Assembly: GCF_001194135.2 (NCBI RefSeq)
Contig: NC_069000.1
Location: 21,168,050 to 21,226,144, forward strand
Reading direction: 5' to 3'
DNA length: 58,095 nt
Origin: Octopus bimaculoides
Taxonomy: Eukaryota
The position numbers were made by a program, and so were the translations under genes. Positions 49,445 to 58,095 of this stretch are shown one piece after another (the first letter of the stretch is position 1; each line of letters begins with the position of its first letter). Below the pieces are notes generated by a model. That model ran no database searches. It was given only the letters and a program-made list of their open reading frames with translations, and had not been told where the DNA came from.

Positions 49445-52264
49445 CATCATATATAGGATGTGAGGGGTTTAGTTCACTTGGTTTTGATGTCCTTTTCCTC
49501 TAATGTGTATATATACATATATATATATATTCTGAACTTATAATTTATTCACATCTGTTTGAAGCTTTCTGAAATGTTGTTATGATTATTGAATATGTTT
49601 TTGTTAGCTGTTCCAACAAAATTATAGTTACATTTCATTCTCAATAAAAAGCCAACTAAAAACACATAAACATACATAAACACACCTACATATTCACAAA
49701 AACAAGCTTATAAAAACATCACTTCACACACACATACATACACCAGACATCTATGCAGTTGCAAACACATACACATACAAAACCATTTCACACACAAATA
49801 CACATACACTACACACACACATATATATTTATATTCAGAAACAAACATATGAATACACTATTTTATACATACATATACACTGCACATTTACACATTCACA
49901 AACAATTGTACAAACATACACTACATATTTTCACACTCACAGACACACAAGTATAGTTTCACAATACACACACTTACACATTCACAAACACAAACATACA
50001 CACACACACACACACAGAGAGAGCCATGTGTATTCAGAGATGTGTGCCAAAATCAATCAGACGAGATCACTTTTAGAGGTCAACAAAAAAAAGAACAAAA
50101 AAGCAATAGAAAAATTTTCTAATCTTGGCAGAAATTTTGGAAATGATCCCAAAATAGATTTGTACATCTGAGTGTTGTAGGGCAGCAATTTTCCCCAGTA
50201 GCTACAAGGTTACAAGTAATGTCATTAATCTAAGTTATTTCAATAAAAGGGTCAACAACAGAATAGAGTGTTGGGAATTTGTAAATAAACAGAACACGCA
50301 GCTAAGTGTTGATGTTGTTGTTGTTGTTTAGCCTTCCCCACCCGAGTTGTCATCAATCAAAGAAATCTATGATCAAAACCATTCCAGCTATGACCATCAT
50401 GACTTTTTGTATGCCCAAGACTACATTTTTCTATAGGTACTTACTTTTTAATTTTAGTAAAAGTAGGATGTAAGCGAATTTGGCAGATGGAAACTGAAAG
50501 AAGCTCATTGTATATATATAGATATATATCTATGTGTGTGTGTGTCTTTGTGTTTATGTTTGCACCCCCATCATTGCTTGACAACTGGTGTCAGTGTGTT
50601 TATGTCCCCATAACTTAGCGGTGCAGCAAAGAGACCAATTGAATTAGTACTAGGCTTAAAAATAACTCCTGGGGTCAAACTGTCCAAAACCACTTCAAGG
50701 TGGTACTCCAGCATGGCCACAATCAAATGACTGAAACAAGTAAAAGAATATCCTTCCTACTGACGTACAACTGTCATACCATCATAACAAGGACCTTTTA
50801 TTTCATGACTTTAGCTTCTTTGCCTCAAGACTCATTGCTACATTAGTCACCATTTGATGCAATGCTTTTAATTCTGTTCTACTGCATTCACAGCAGTCCT
50901 GTCCACCAACTTTCTAAATTTAAACCATTGTATTGCAATATAAATTCTTTTATTCATCCACTTTCTAGTTGCAAACATATTGTCTATTTTTCTGTGCACT
51001 GGAGTGACTCACCTCTAGATGATTGCTTGTAAACAGCAGCCAAATCTTCCTTATATCTTGCTCTGATGTCTTATACAAGGAAAAGATACCCAAGATAATG
51101 TAGCCCTAGGAATACTCCTATAAGATTAAATGGACATAATTGGTGTACCATTGACCATAGGTCTGCACAAACAAAGTTTACTTGGAGCTATGCAAAATAA
51201 CAACCAGCTAATACAAGTTGGTTCTCTGACCTGTGTTCAAGGCTGCATCATTGCTCTATCACATACAATTTACTATATGTTAGATTATGCAGCAAGGTCT
51301 TCAACAAGGCAAAGGTTTGGATGTGTGACTCATACCTAGTTGTGTAACCAACTATCCATGTGCACAGAAGTTCAATTAGGACTGATCTGATGCTACACCA
51401 CAACCAGCTATTGAAACTTGTTATATTGGTTTCCTTCTGGAACATAAAGCCCTTTCACTGTGAGGAGTGGCAAGATGTACAGCTGGTTAAATCAATGATA
51501 AAATGTTACACTGATTTTTGTTTTATAAATTCCAGAGGGACTTGGCAAGATTTCAACCCAGAAATACAAGGATTGAAACAGCTCCAATAAAGCATCTAGT
51601 TTGGTTTGCCTTGTTTTGACATCAAATTCACCACCTTATAATCTTTATGATACCAAACCACCTAAAACTGCCCATAGTTCTGAGGTTAAAACCTCCTGTT
51701 TTAAAGTGGTTTAAATTTAAACCTTCCTTCGAAATTGTATCTTAATTTGTTTCAAACACCAGCATGATAATGGTTTCAAATTTTGGTACAAGGCCAGCAA
51801 TTTCAAGGGAGGGGCTAAGTCATTTACATCAACCCAGTGCTCAACTTATTTCATTGACCCCAAAAGGATGAAAGGCAATGCTGAGTTGAGCAGAATGTGA
51901 GCTCAGAACATAACGATGGACGAAATGCCACTAAGTATTTTATCCGGTGTGCTAACAATTCTGCCAGCACACCACCTTAAATACCAACAGAAAAATGACA
52001 AAGTTATTTTACTAAATTCTCCATTATTTAGAAAATTAAATGAAACAAAGGAAGTATATTTCAGCAGAAACATAGTAACAAAAGGGTTAAAGGAATATTA
52101 CTGAATATGTTATAACTTACATTTTGACCAGTGGAAGCTTGAAGGGAAGCTAATACATTTCCAGATGCTTTCAATGGGGCCAAATTACTGAGAGGTTTGT
52201 TGGTTTTATGTACAGATGGTAAACCAGGACTGAAATTTGCTTTTGGTGCTTCAAGTCGGGAATC
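267..52264 (-). CDS. CEP164: Multi-exon coiled-coil protein gene, CEP164-like (partial: 9 exons, 389 codons; both ends outside the window)
   Basis: Nine exons with AG/GT sites join in frame (phases 0-0, 0-0, 0-0, 0-0, 0-2, 2-0, 0-2, 2-0, 0-0). Peptide: DSRLEAPK...LAPLKASG...SIPVYSTEFEDEVEQ GKEKKK...SESESEDYGKDV DFGIDKGLSEKIMDIENL...LEK DFDGTLSLKSTARDES... then coiled coil. The exon structure is well supported. The CEP164 name rests on my recall of invertebrate CEP164 linker motifs and needs BLASTP. Confidence 0.7.
1443..1611. mobile_element. hAT-type MITE
   Basis: 8-bp TSD tatctaaa (1435-1442, 1612-1619); TIR catgcccattg/caatgggcctg (10 of 11 match). Confidence 0.75.
2338..2443 (-). CDS. CEP164: Exon (106 nt, phase 2-0): SVQQELDDQLSKLKSENQKIYEKEKEKIMQTLNQK
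   Basis: Acceptor ttgtttgttaaag|A, donor AAG|gtaaga. Confidence 0.9.
2523..2588. repeat. (TG)n microsatellite, representative of many TA, CA, GA, AAT and CAT tracts
   Basis: Direct inspection; other examples at 22208-22290, 40263-40320 and 54382-54430. Confidence 0.95.
2727..3226. mobile_element. Foldback MITE with about 200-bp inverted arms
   Basis: gagggaaaa...gtcaagaaaa is mirrored by ttttcttgac...ttttcccct; loop about 80 bp; TA flanks. Confidence 0.75.
3908..4005 (-). CDS. CEP164: Exon (98 nt, phase 0-2): NKETKVKELKAIFLKEELEEIEKIEQEKEDRI(K)
   Basis: Acceptor ttacattctag|AAT, donor AA|gtatga. Confidence 0.9.
4105..4270. mobile_element. Family B short repeat bounded by a (CAT)n tract
   Basis: Near-identical copies at 56270-56460 (same orientation) and 47845-47995 (inverted); older copies at 21015-21350, 45460-45770 and 46700-46930. 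Confidence 0.75.
5251..6123 (+). mobile_element. Mariner derivative: transposase N-terminal half with the 5' end duplicated in inverted orientation
   Basis: TA flanks; TIR tgaggtcagatcaataagtatc. Plus-strand remnant reads ...DLGMRCVSAKFVPKLLSADQK... (mariner WVPxxL linker). Minus-strand arm reads MTEKVEQRTCIRFCQKL. Confidence 0.85.
6555..6830 (+). mobile_element. RTE LINE 3' end
   Basis: QLWYFRHVVRMSQERIA...RRSKGTARARWLDDI, followed by a (TGGA)n tail. Confidence 0.7.
7348..7534 (-). CDS. CEP164: Exon (187 nt, phase 2-0): LSSEESSKMSLPEE...KQEIAQKHEKSLKELREKYEKELEKAKEEMRE (coiled coil)
   Basis: Acceptor ttcttcctttag|G, donor GAA|gtatac; E/K-rich open frame. Confidence 0.88.
7965..8179 (-). 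CDS. CEP164: Exon (215 nt, phase 0-2): DFDGTLSLKSTARDESGEKVSPSFL...TPSPTPTPTSPS...ATAN(R)
   Basis: Acceptor ttctgtttgtag|GAC, donor AG|gtacat; overlaps ORF 7922..8164(-). Confidence 0.9.
8416..8832 (+). mobile_element. tRNA-derived SINE, family A (internal TA/TG microsatellite)
   Basis: A-box-like ggctgtgtgg and B-box-like ggttcattcc; tail gactgaaacaaataaaagag. Related copies at about 12982-13366(+), 17090-17620(+), 29250-29590(-), 36560-36960(+), 41600-41910(-), 47690-48120(+), 53140-53550(-). Confidence 0.85.
9443..9526 (-). CDS. CEP164: Exon (84 nt, phase 0-0): DFGIDKGLSEKIMDIENLDFVFRDLLEK
   Basis: Acceptor tttacttcttag|GAT, donor AAG|gtaagt. Confidence 0.9.
10995..11340 (+). mobile_element. 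Inverted-repeat mini-element carrying a hammerhead (Penelope-like derivative)
   Basis: Arms 11124-11160 and 11299-11336 are near-perfect reverse complements. The left part (about 10995-11085) recurs inverted at about 14465-14550. Confidence 0.55.
11261..11303 (+). ncRNA. Minimal type-I hammerhead ribozyme fold with intact core
   Basis: Stem I tccaga/tctgga; core CTGATGA; stem II gag/ctc with a C.T mismatch at its base; GAAA; palindromic stem III ACTAGT; GTC cleavage triplet ending at 11297. Confidence 0.7.
12815..13409 (-). mobile_element. piggyBac-type MITE interrupted by a full SINE (12982-13366)
   Basis: TTAA flanks; SINE TSD aaacaagcttt at 12971-12981 and 13367-13377. Confidence 0.75.
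13847..14103. repeat. 29-bp minisatellite, at least 9 copies, running into an N gap
   Basis: Unit catttttgaactgcacatgccatccatct. Confidence 0.95.
14100..14330 (-). mobile_element. RTE-type LINE ORF C-terminus
   Basis: LHFVRHCSRPKQELASDLLLWIPKHG...YVDQLTRDSGCLLEDLLQLMQ. Confidence 0.7.
14875..15340 (-). mobile_element. RTE-clade LINE endonuclease remnant
   Basis: ELQRLHIEIVVLSETRLSEEDQLTEVSSGYILFWFGKPKG...EKLIILGDF (APE endonuclease motifs), with frameshifts. Confidence 0.85.
16008..16715 (+). CDS. Candidate nested antisense gene fragment (exons 16008-16100, 16487-16608, 16686-16715), unknown product
   Basis: tctag|CA...ACAG|gtaaca (93 nt, phase 1-1); ttttgttag|AG...ACT|gtaagt (122 nt, phase 1-0); ttttatcaactcag|AAA...TGA. 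Phases are compatible, and AATAAA follows at 16887. No family recognised, and chance exon-like segments are common here. Confidence 0.3.
16805..16866. repeat. Perfect 62-bp palindrome with no spacer
   Basis: aaaaagtagtttttcaattgatttaatgaag|cttcattaaatcaattgaaaaactacttttt. Confidence 0.95.
17850..18710 (+). mobile_element. Four head-to-tail SINE family C copies with (TTA)n tails
   Basis: Repeated gagttcaaat B-box, ctttcatcc...ggggtc core and ttattatta tails. Confidence 0.75.
19649..19868 (-). mobile_element. piggyBac-type MITE (same family as 27269-27488)
   Basis: Reverse-complement similarity to the family; TTAA on both flanks. Confidence 0.65.
21555..21816 (-). mobile_element. Young tRNA-derived SINE with 14-bp TSD
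   Basis: CpG-rich; B-box gtttcgattcc on the minus strand; TSD actcaataataata at 21541-21554 and 21817-21830. Confidence 0.8.
23160..23336 (-). mobile_element. 177-bp Penelope-like mini-element with 16-bp TSD
   Basis: TSD gaacagaagtatgtca at 23144-23159 and 23337-23352. A 31-bp inverted repeat lies at 23161-23191/23285-23315. Contains the hammerhead motif and is inserted in a SINE. Confidence 0.7.
23213..23258 (-). ncRNA. Minimal hammerhead fold, probably inactive (G12 to A)
   Basis: Minus strand: gacac CTGAAGA a ggctg-gagggtatat-cagcc AAAAC GTT gtgtt. Confidence 0.55.
24080..24302. repeat. 43-bp minisatellite, 5 copies, running into an N gap
   Basis: Unit ctcaaaatgatgaaaagcaaacttgaccatggcaggatttgaa, starting at 24080, 24123, 24166, 24209 and 24252. 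Confidence 0.95.
24929..25237 (+). mobile_element. SINE family E (about 290 bp; second copy at 43945-44238)
   Basis: The two copies are about 90% identical by eye and end ...gtcgtaagcgac(a/g)gagtgccaacaa. Confidence 0.75.
26994..27488 (+). mobile_element. Two tandem piggyBac-type MITEs sharing one TTAA
   Basis: TTAA|CCCTTT...AAAGG|TTAA|CCCTTT...AAAGGG|TTAA (TTAA at 26990, 27265, 27489). The first copy carries a SINE 3'-tail insertion at about 27035-27090. Confidence 0.8.
31790..32230. repeat. Degenerate 26-27-bp minisatellite, about 16 copies
   Basis: Consensus approximately ggacatggtgtataactgtgtaaatta. Confidence 0.85.
32573..32969 (+). mobile_element. piggyBac-type MITE with a second piggyBac-type MITE (32636-32859) nested at its internal TTAA
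   Basis: The inner element has a perfect 12-bp TIR ccctttcgttac and duplicated TTAA at 32632-32635 and 32860-32863. Confidence 0.85.
34262..34336 (+). mobile_element. Tc1 transposase catalytic-domain fragment
   Basis: Translates as GVGKLAFIDGTMNEIQYIDILANNL, matching the Tc1 GVGxLxFIxGTMNxxxYIxIL segment. Confidence 0.7.
35878..35913 (-). ncRNA. Degenerate hammerhead-like fold (sister of the 37102 copy)
   Basis: Minus strand: cttt CAGTTGA a gagc-atag-gctt GAAAC GTC aaag; core positions U4 and A6 are altered. Confidence 0.4.
35989..36283. repeat. Foldback inverted repeat, arms about 135 bp, loop about 20 bp
   Basis: For example gctaatgatgtaattgttatgcaatgagctat is mirrored by atagctcattgcataacaattacatcattagc. 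Confidence 0.9.
37102..37137 (+). ncRNA. Hammerhead-like fold with variant core (CTGTGGA)
   Basis: cttt CTGTGGA a gagc-gtag-gctc GAAAC GTT aaag; position A6 is replaced by T. Confidence 0.45.
38452..38936 (+). mobile_element. Internally deleted Tc1/mariner-superfamily element (maT/DD37D-like N-terminus)
   Basis: TA TSD; perfect 17-bp TIR cagggtggggaagcaaa. Broken HTH peptide KRQRIADLLHA...STVYNVKNR...FLKSLKAKILKDPTKSMKKL. Confidence 0.8.
39543..39712. repeat. 51-bp inverted repeat enclosing a (TG)n microsatellite
   Basis: Arms 39543-39593 and 39662-39712. Confidence 0.85.
43246..43326 (-). CDS. CEP164: Exon (81 nt, phase 0-0): GKEKKKQINIQGDSESESESEDYGKDV
   Basis: Acceptor ccttttctctgcag|GGC, donor GTG|gtgagt. 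Confidence 0.88.
44240..44800 (+). mobile_element. L1/Tx1-type reverse-transcriptase remnant
   Basis: KVNHQYL..VLRAAAFGSIFMRWI...LYVLAFETLLWKIE...SEYVDNVTMMV (degenerate YADD region). Confidence 0.65.
44900..45265 (+). mobile_element. R4/Dong-like restriction-like-endonuclease LINE 3' remnant
   Basis: EMEITRIGGFKTEAI..IGFLRMIKKHADKYIAKIPSLT...LGTAHI across frameshifts, matching the RLE C-terminus as I recall it. Confidence 0.55.
46060..46180 (-). mobile_element. RTE LINE C-terminal fragment
   Basis: KLDIRGIICCGQERRLHWFSHVMWMD (RRLRWFGHVxRM motif). Confidence 0.65.
46978..47109 (-). CDS. CEP164: Exon (132 nt, phase 0-0): VKSSLNLTGTSSKTGSVGVSNSRHFTSSMSIPVYSTEFEDEVEQ
   Basis: Acceptor tgtttcag|GTG, donor CAG|gtacat; lies within ORF 46861..47118(-). 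Confidence 0.85.
50770..51420 (-). mobile_element. Highly degenerate RTE RT-region remnant
   Basis: Weak similarity (IxWxKFRxL, KGxxYD) with many stops. Confidence 0.35.
52121..52264 (-). CDS. CEP164: Exon (144 nt, phase 0-0): DSRLEAPKANFSPGLPSVHKTNKPLSNLAPLKASGNVLASLQASTGQN
   Basis: Acceptor tctttcag|GAT, donor AAT|gtaagt; open frame; joins the next exon in frame. Confidence 0.85.
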
Positions 52265-52852
52265 CTGAAAGATTTTATTATGTCTAATTAAAGAGGAGAA
52301 AACTTGATAAATCTATTTTATAAGAAGGAAATTTCAGAATGGACTTAAAGTTGAAGGAATAATGAAAAAACTACACACATTATGTTCTATCTTCTCTTTA
52401 TTCATGATAATGAGGTCTTTTTCCTTCTTGCCAGCTAGAAAAAAAAAAAAAAATTTGATAAGATGAAATTTACAATTTAAAAATCAAGTTGATAATTAAC
52501 AAGAAACTGAATGAACAGTAATAAATGAAGGTAACATTATCCAATGAACTTGGATCACAAGTGACCATTCAAACAGTGTCTTGCTTTATTTATACATTAG
52601 TCTTAGAATGGAACAGTGTCTGTAGCTTTATTACAGCCTCCAAGATTTGGACAGGAGAGATGAAGATAACAAGTTAGGAAAGTTAGTGCGACTGCTGTTA
52701 GATTTTGAATCTGGTAAATAAATCGACGGGGTGTCTGCAAGGGTAGGGAAGGGAAGGAGTTCTGGAGATAAAGGCTGAGGAGCTGGGTGCAGAACATACA
52801 TTCACTCATTATTTAAACATAAGTCATGCACTTTAGCTAAAAAAAAGATTAA

Positions 52853-53072
52853 CCCTTTAGCGTTCAGATTATTCTGTCAAATGCAATGCTTTTCCAATTA
52901 CATTGTTTTTAATTAATCATACATTATCTCATAGCTTTGAAATGCTGATGACGTGATTGCATATCTTTAGAATAGCATTGAAGGCTAGGTGTGATAAGCT
53001 GGATCTGGATGGTTAGAACATGAAACAAGTAGCATATTTGAGCCGGATATGGCTAGTTTAAATGCTAATGGA
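52853..53072 (+). mobile_element. piggyBac-type MITE (same family)
   Basis: TTAA|ccctttagcgttcagatt...aatgctaatgga|TTAA. Confidence 0.7.
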
Positions 53073-54379
53073 TTAAGGACCATGGTGAAAACAAAGGGTA
53101 GGTCATTTTGAATAACAAATATCTTTTATCTTATACTTGTTTCAGTCAATAAACTGCAGCCATGTTGAGGCATCGCCTTGAAGAATTAAATTCAAATGAA
53201 TCAACCCCAATACTTATTATTTTTTTGTAAAGCCTGGTACTTACTCTATCAGTCTCTTCACCACTAAGTAATGGGGACATAAACATACCAACACCAGTTG
53301 TCAAGTGGTGGTGGGGGACAAATACATACACAAAGACATACATACACAAAGACATACATACACTGTTACAAGTATATATATATATATATATATATAAACG
53401 GGCTTCTTTCAGTTTCTGTCTACCAAATCCACTCACATTGCTTTGGTTGGCCCAACGCTATAGTAGAAGACAGTTACCGAAGGTGCCCCGAGTGGAACCA
53501 AATCTGGAACCATGTGGTTGGGAAACAATCTTCTCACCACACAGCCACACGTGTACTTAAATATGCAAAATATTGTCAAAGAATATATCAACCAACCTCT
53601 AAACTTCTGTTAACCAAAACCTAAAACCTTTATTTTATGATAAATTGCAAAAAAGGTAAATACATATGCTACACCCAACAGAGATAGGTGACTTGCTGTA
53701 GAAGAAATACAAGGATAACCCATATACTATACATTCAAATTATAAAAAAAGTCTTATTTAACTATTTGACTATGTATACGTGCCATACAAAATAACAAAG
53801 ATGAATTTCAGGAAAAATTCCAGGGCATGTTTTGATCTATTAACAGTTTCTATTTGAGATAAAGAACAATGATAGTTGAATAGAAGCCCAAGTTAGTCCT
53901 GACAAAATAGATCTATAGGCAAAGGTAGACATTCCAACAATGACCATTGTCTTTTGTTCGTCTATGCAAAATAGAGTATCCATAACTACAATGAAGCTGC
54001 TTGATTTTGAAGACAGTAAGATATGATTTGAGACAGATTTGGTGGGTATTTTTGATGCTGGAAACCAAATCAATAACTTCACGACATATTCCGATACAAC
54101 ATTACTGAGTAGGTGGTTTAAGTAGTTTTAGTAACAACACACATATCCCAAATCTACGCAGTCAAAGAAATGGATCTCTGCTGGTTTCAGCAATGACTAT
54201 TCCAATTGTTTGTTCAACTGAATTGCCTACTCATTCACTCATTGAAGTATAGTGATAGCTGAGTGTCCCACAGACATAGGCAGTGAAATACTCAAGCAGA
54301 ACTAGTATGACACAGTACACATGCATAGATACACACACATAAATATTTACATAATATGCATACTTAGACAGCTCTAATA

Positions 54380-54438
<59 letters not shown>

Positions 54439-55224
54439 TGCGTGCGTGTGTGTGATTATACCAAAAGATCAATAAACTTGGTAGACCGTCCAGATTTTGC
54501 ACCTTCCATCTCTGCTCCTACTACTGCTTCACTCTTCCTAATTTCTCTTTTTCTTCTCCTCCACTTTTCTGAACTGGTTTAAATAAGACTAATTAGGAAA
54601 TATTTATTTTCAAGTTATTCTTGTATTCTTGTTATTGTGAAACACAAGAGAATGTTAACTGCATTTGGTTTGGGGGAACATTAGTTACAGACAAATGGAC
54701 GTGTGTGTGTGTGTGTGTGTGTGAAAGAGAGAGAGAGAGAAAGAGAGAGAATCTTAAGAACATTCAGAATAAACATTGTAGACATTTATTTTTAGTTGCA
54801 TTTATTGTTGCTTCCAGCTATGGTCTCTTCAGTGTTAAGCAACAAATGAGGTTGAAATCCTTGAGATTATATTCCTCAAAAGAAAGCAAGTGTAAATATG
54901 CAGTCACCTACATCTGAAAATCCTGGAGGGACAGACACCAAACATTGGCATTCACAATCATACAAAACTCGCTCGTTAGCAACATTGCACAGTTCATTAC
55001 TATTGACTTCTCCCTAAGGATAGAGCAGAGTATTACCCCAGCCTTGCTTTGAAGGAGCAATTGTTCTTTACCATTTTCCCTCAAATGTAAGGGATACACT
55101 TCAACTGGAGTCAAAACTTTCAACAATACTTAGATATCCTCTTGTGCACAATACCAGATGAGCATACATTCTACATTGTAGCGGGAGACAGATATAAGAG
55201 CAGTAGCATCAAGCTATGGTGAAT

Positions 55225-55272
<48 letters not shown>

Positions 55273-55419
55273 AAATAATTGGAGCATTACCAGTTATTTG
55301 TTTCAATGCTGTACGCTCGCTACTGCAGAACATTTCTATAAATTTTTAGTCAACAAATAATTTTGCCTGAAAATCAATGGATATATGCTTTAGTGTGTGT
55401 GCATGTATGTGTGTGTGAG

Positions 55420-55450
<31 letters not shown>

Positions 55451-56885
55451 TGTACATCATCATAGTCCTCATCATTTTAAAATCCACTTTTTTTCATGCT
55501 TTCATAGAGGGTCAAGTGGAGCTATTGAGGCAAATATTCTACAGCTGGATGCCCTTCTTGTTGCCAGCTCTTACCCGTTTCCAAGCAAGGTAATACTTCC
55601 CTATGCTCAGATGTTTTCACAGAATACTGGAAATGAAGGACATTCATTTACAACAATCACACACATCAAGACAAGAAGAGAAACACTCTCATACTCATAT
55701 ACATATACATATATATGTGACACACTGCTTTATAATTTCTGTCTGATAAATTCACTCACAAGGCTTTGGGCAACCTCAAGCTATAGTAGACACTCACCCA
55801 AGGTGTCATGCAATGGGACTGAAGTTGTTGGGAAGCAAACTTCTTAACCACAGAGCCATACCTGTATGTGTTCATATATATATATTCTTTTTTTTTTTCA
55901 CCACATAATAATAATTTTATTCCATGTGTTTATATATATGAAAAAAAAAATATAACGATATGTTTCCACAGAATAAATGCTTTTGTATCATAGTTCAACC
56001 GAAATTATATTGGTATACGTATTCTTAAGGTGAGTTTGGCACATATAATTTATATAAATGTATATAGCAAAAGTGAGAAAGATAGAATGGAACAAGGAAA
56101 AAAAGTCACATGTTGCTTCAAGTCTTTTGTATAAAAAATGTTTTAGTCCATACATTCTCTTGAGTTTTGCAGCTAAAAAGGGTAGTATAGGGAAAAAAAT
56201 GTTATATTTAACTGACCTGGATCCAGTTTCACTGATTTCAGCTTATAAAGTTTTATGCAATTTTACCATATTCATCATCATCATCATCATCGTCGTTTAA
56301 CGTCCGCTTCCCATGCTAGCATGGGTTGGACGATTTGACTGAGGACTGGTGAAACCAGATGGCTACACCAGGCTCCAATCTGATTTGGCAGAGTTTCTAC
56401 AGCTGGATGCCCTTCCTAACACCAACCACTCAGAGAGTGTAGTGGGTGCTTTTTACGTGCCACTGGTTTTTCATATTTAAACCATGTGGTTTATTTACAT
56501 ATATATATATATTTATAGATATTTAACTCTTTAAATTTTAGGTTCTTTTATATTTTATATTTTAGACTTTACAATATTCATGCGTAATTACGCATAAATT
56601 TTTATACGCATATATATTCACACATATATTTATCTATATTCAGATTTTTATATATATTGATATTTATATTTCGTATATTTATATTTTAAATTTATTATGT
56701 TGCCGTGTCATGTTGGATGTATGTCTTTCAAAATATTAAATATTGATTTCCTGAGTATATTATTGATGAGTTTATGAATTTATTAATAATATAAAAACAC
56801 ATATATACACATTTATTTGCTCAAAATAATTGAGCACTCAACATAAGTTCAGTTATATATTCTTTTAGAATATTACTTATAAAAG

Positions 56886-56924
<39 letters not shown>

Positions 56925-57829
56925 TATATATATACATGTGTTTATGCATGTATGTGTATGTAAGCGTGTGTATGTGTATGTATTGTTTCAGTAAGTTCTA
57001 GTAGAAGGAAGAGCAATCCCCATGGCCTTGACAGATTTAACAAACTAGTGAGGCTGACATGTCTGATGCCCAGGGCTGAACACCTGTCAGTTAGTCAATG
57101 TCTCCAGAAAACCTATAGGGAGGAAGGGAGTTTAGCTCAAATGATGGCAACATAGTTAATTTTACTGAAGGCATTCAAGTACTGACTGGTGCAGTTAAAA
57201 CAAAGCAACATACTGGATTTTACTACCCTTTCTGTTCCTCTAACCCTACTCTCTCTCTCTTTATACTTACCTTATACCTTCAGGGTATGCTCTCACCATC
57301 TCTCTCTCTCTCTCCCTCTTTCCAACTAAGAAGCCATGTATCACCTCTCCAGCAAGATACCTGCATTTGTCCTTCTATCATATTTTCACTTCCTTCAGTA
57401 TTATACCCCATTCAGTTGAGTGGAGAGGGTCTTGTCTAACAAGTACTTGGTAACCTCACTAATGTCAGTGCCATGGAAAAAGTATGCCCAGTACACTTTG
57501 TAAAGTGGTTGGCATTAGGAAAGGCTTCTAGCTTAGAGGCCATGCCAAAGCAGACACTGAAGCTCATCAGTCCTCTGACCTCTTGATTCTTGTTGAAATG
57601 TCCAACCCATGCCAGCATGGAAGACAGGTGTTTGATGAAGATGACGATGATATAACAGCAAAAAAAGGTGAATATATAATCACATATACACACACAAACG
57701 CACATCATGTATTAAGTCCCTTCAAGTCCAAATTTAAGCTACAGCCAACTCCAGCAGTTCTTTAAGCAATTAAATTCCATTATGCTTTGAATAAACATTC
57801 AATCACTCACTAACAAAGTACATGTTATC

Positions 57830-57868
<39 letters not shown>

Positions 57869-57985
57869 CTTTTATAAGTAATATTCTAAAAGAATATATA
57901 ATTGAACTTATGTTGAGTGCTCAATTATCTTGAGCAAATAAATGTGTATATATGTGATTTTATATTATTAATTCATCAATAATAT

Positions 57986-58095
57986 ATTTAGGAAATCAAT
58001 ATTTAGTATTTCAAAAGATATATATCCAATTTATTATGCTACCATGTTATGTTGGATATATATCTTTTGAAATACTAAATATTGATTTCCTAAAT
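57986..58095. repeat. Perfect 44-bp-arm hairpin, truncated by the window end
   Basis: Arms 57986-58029 and 58052-58095 are exact reverse complements; 22-nt loop. Confidence 0.95.

Noticed and set aside
51013-51069. Exon-like segment IRARYKEDLAAVYKQSSR with a gtgagt donor
   Set aside because: It is phase 1-1 inside a phase-0 intron and appears to lie within a degenerate RTE remnant.
53840-54082. 80-aa hydrophobic minus-strand ORF as the missing WW exon
   Set aside because: It has no WW motif, no suitable splice sites and no recognised homology.

Overview
AT-rich eukaryotic DNA with several N gaps. It is probably from an octopod cephalopod (inferred from recalled SINE families, not verified). 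The whole window lies inside one minus-strand multi-exon gene. I assembled 9 exons by hand (52264-52121, 47109-46978, 43326-43246, 9526-9443, 8179-7965, 7534-7348, 4005-3908, 2443-2338, 386-267). All have AG/GT boundaries and compatible phases and give 389 uninterrupted codons: a Ser/Pro-rich linker, an acidic SESESEDYGKDV-DFGIDK segment, then an E/K-rich coiled coil. This resembles CEP164 as I recall it from invertebrates; the diagnostic N-terminal WW exons are not in the window. A 33.7-kb intron and the other introns are packed with tRNA-derived SINEs, LINE remnants (RTE, Tx1/L1, R4-like), DNA-transposon derivatives (mariner, maT, Tc1, hAT, piggyBac-type) and microsatellites. The most striking unexplained signal is a set of minimal type-I hammerhead ribozyme folds in three different small repeat families, two of them with inverted terminal repeats; one copy has an intact catalytic core. 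There are also many long hairpins and palindromes, two minisatellites derived from transposon segments, and a candidate nested antisense gene. All alignments, folds and translations were done by eye.
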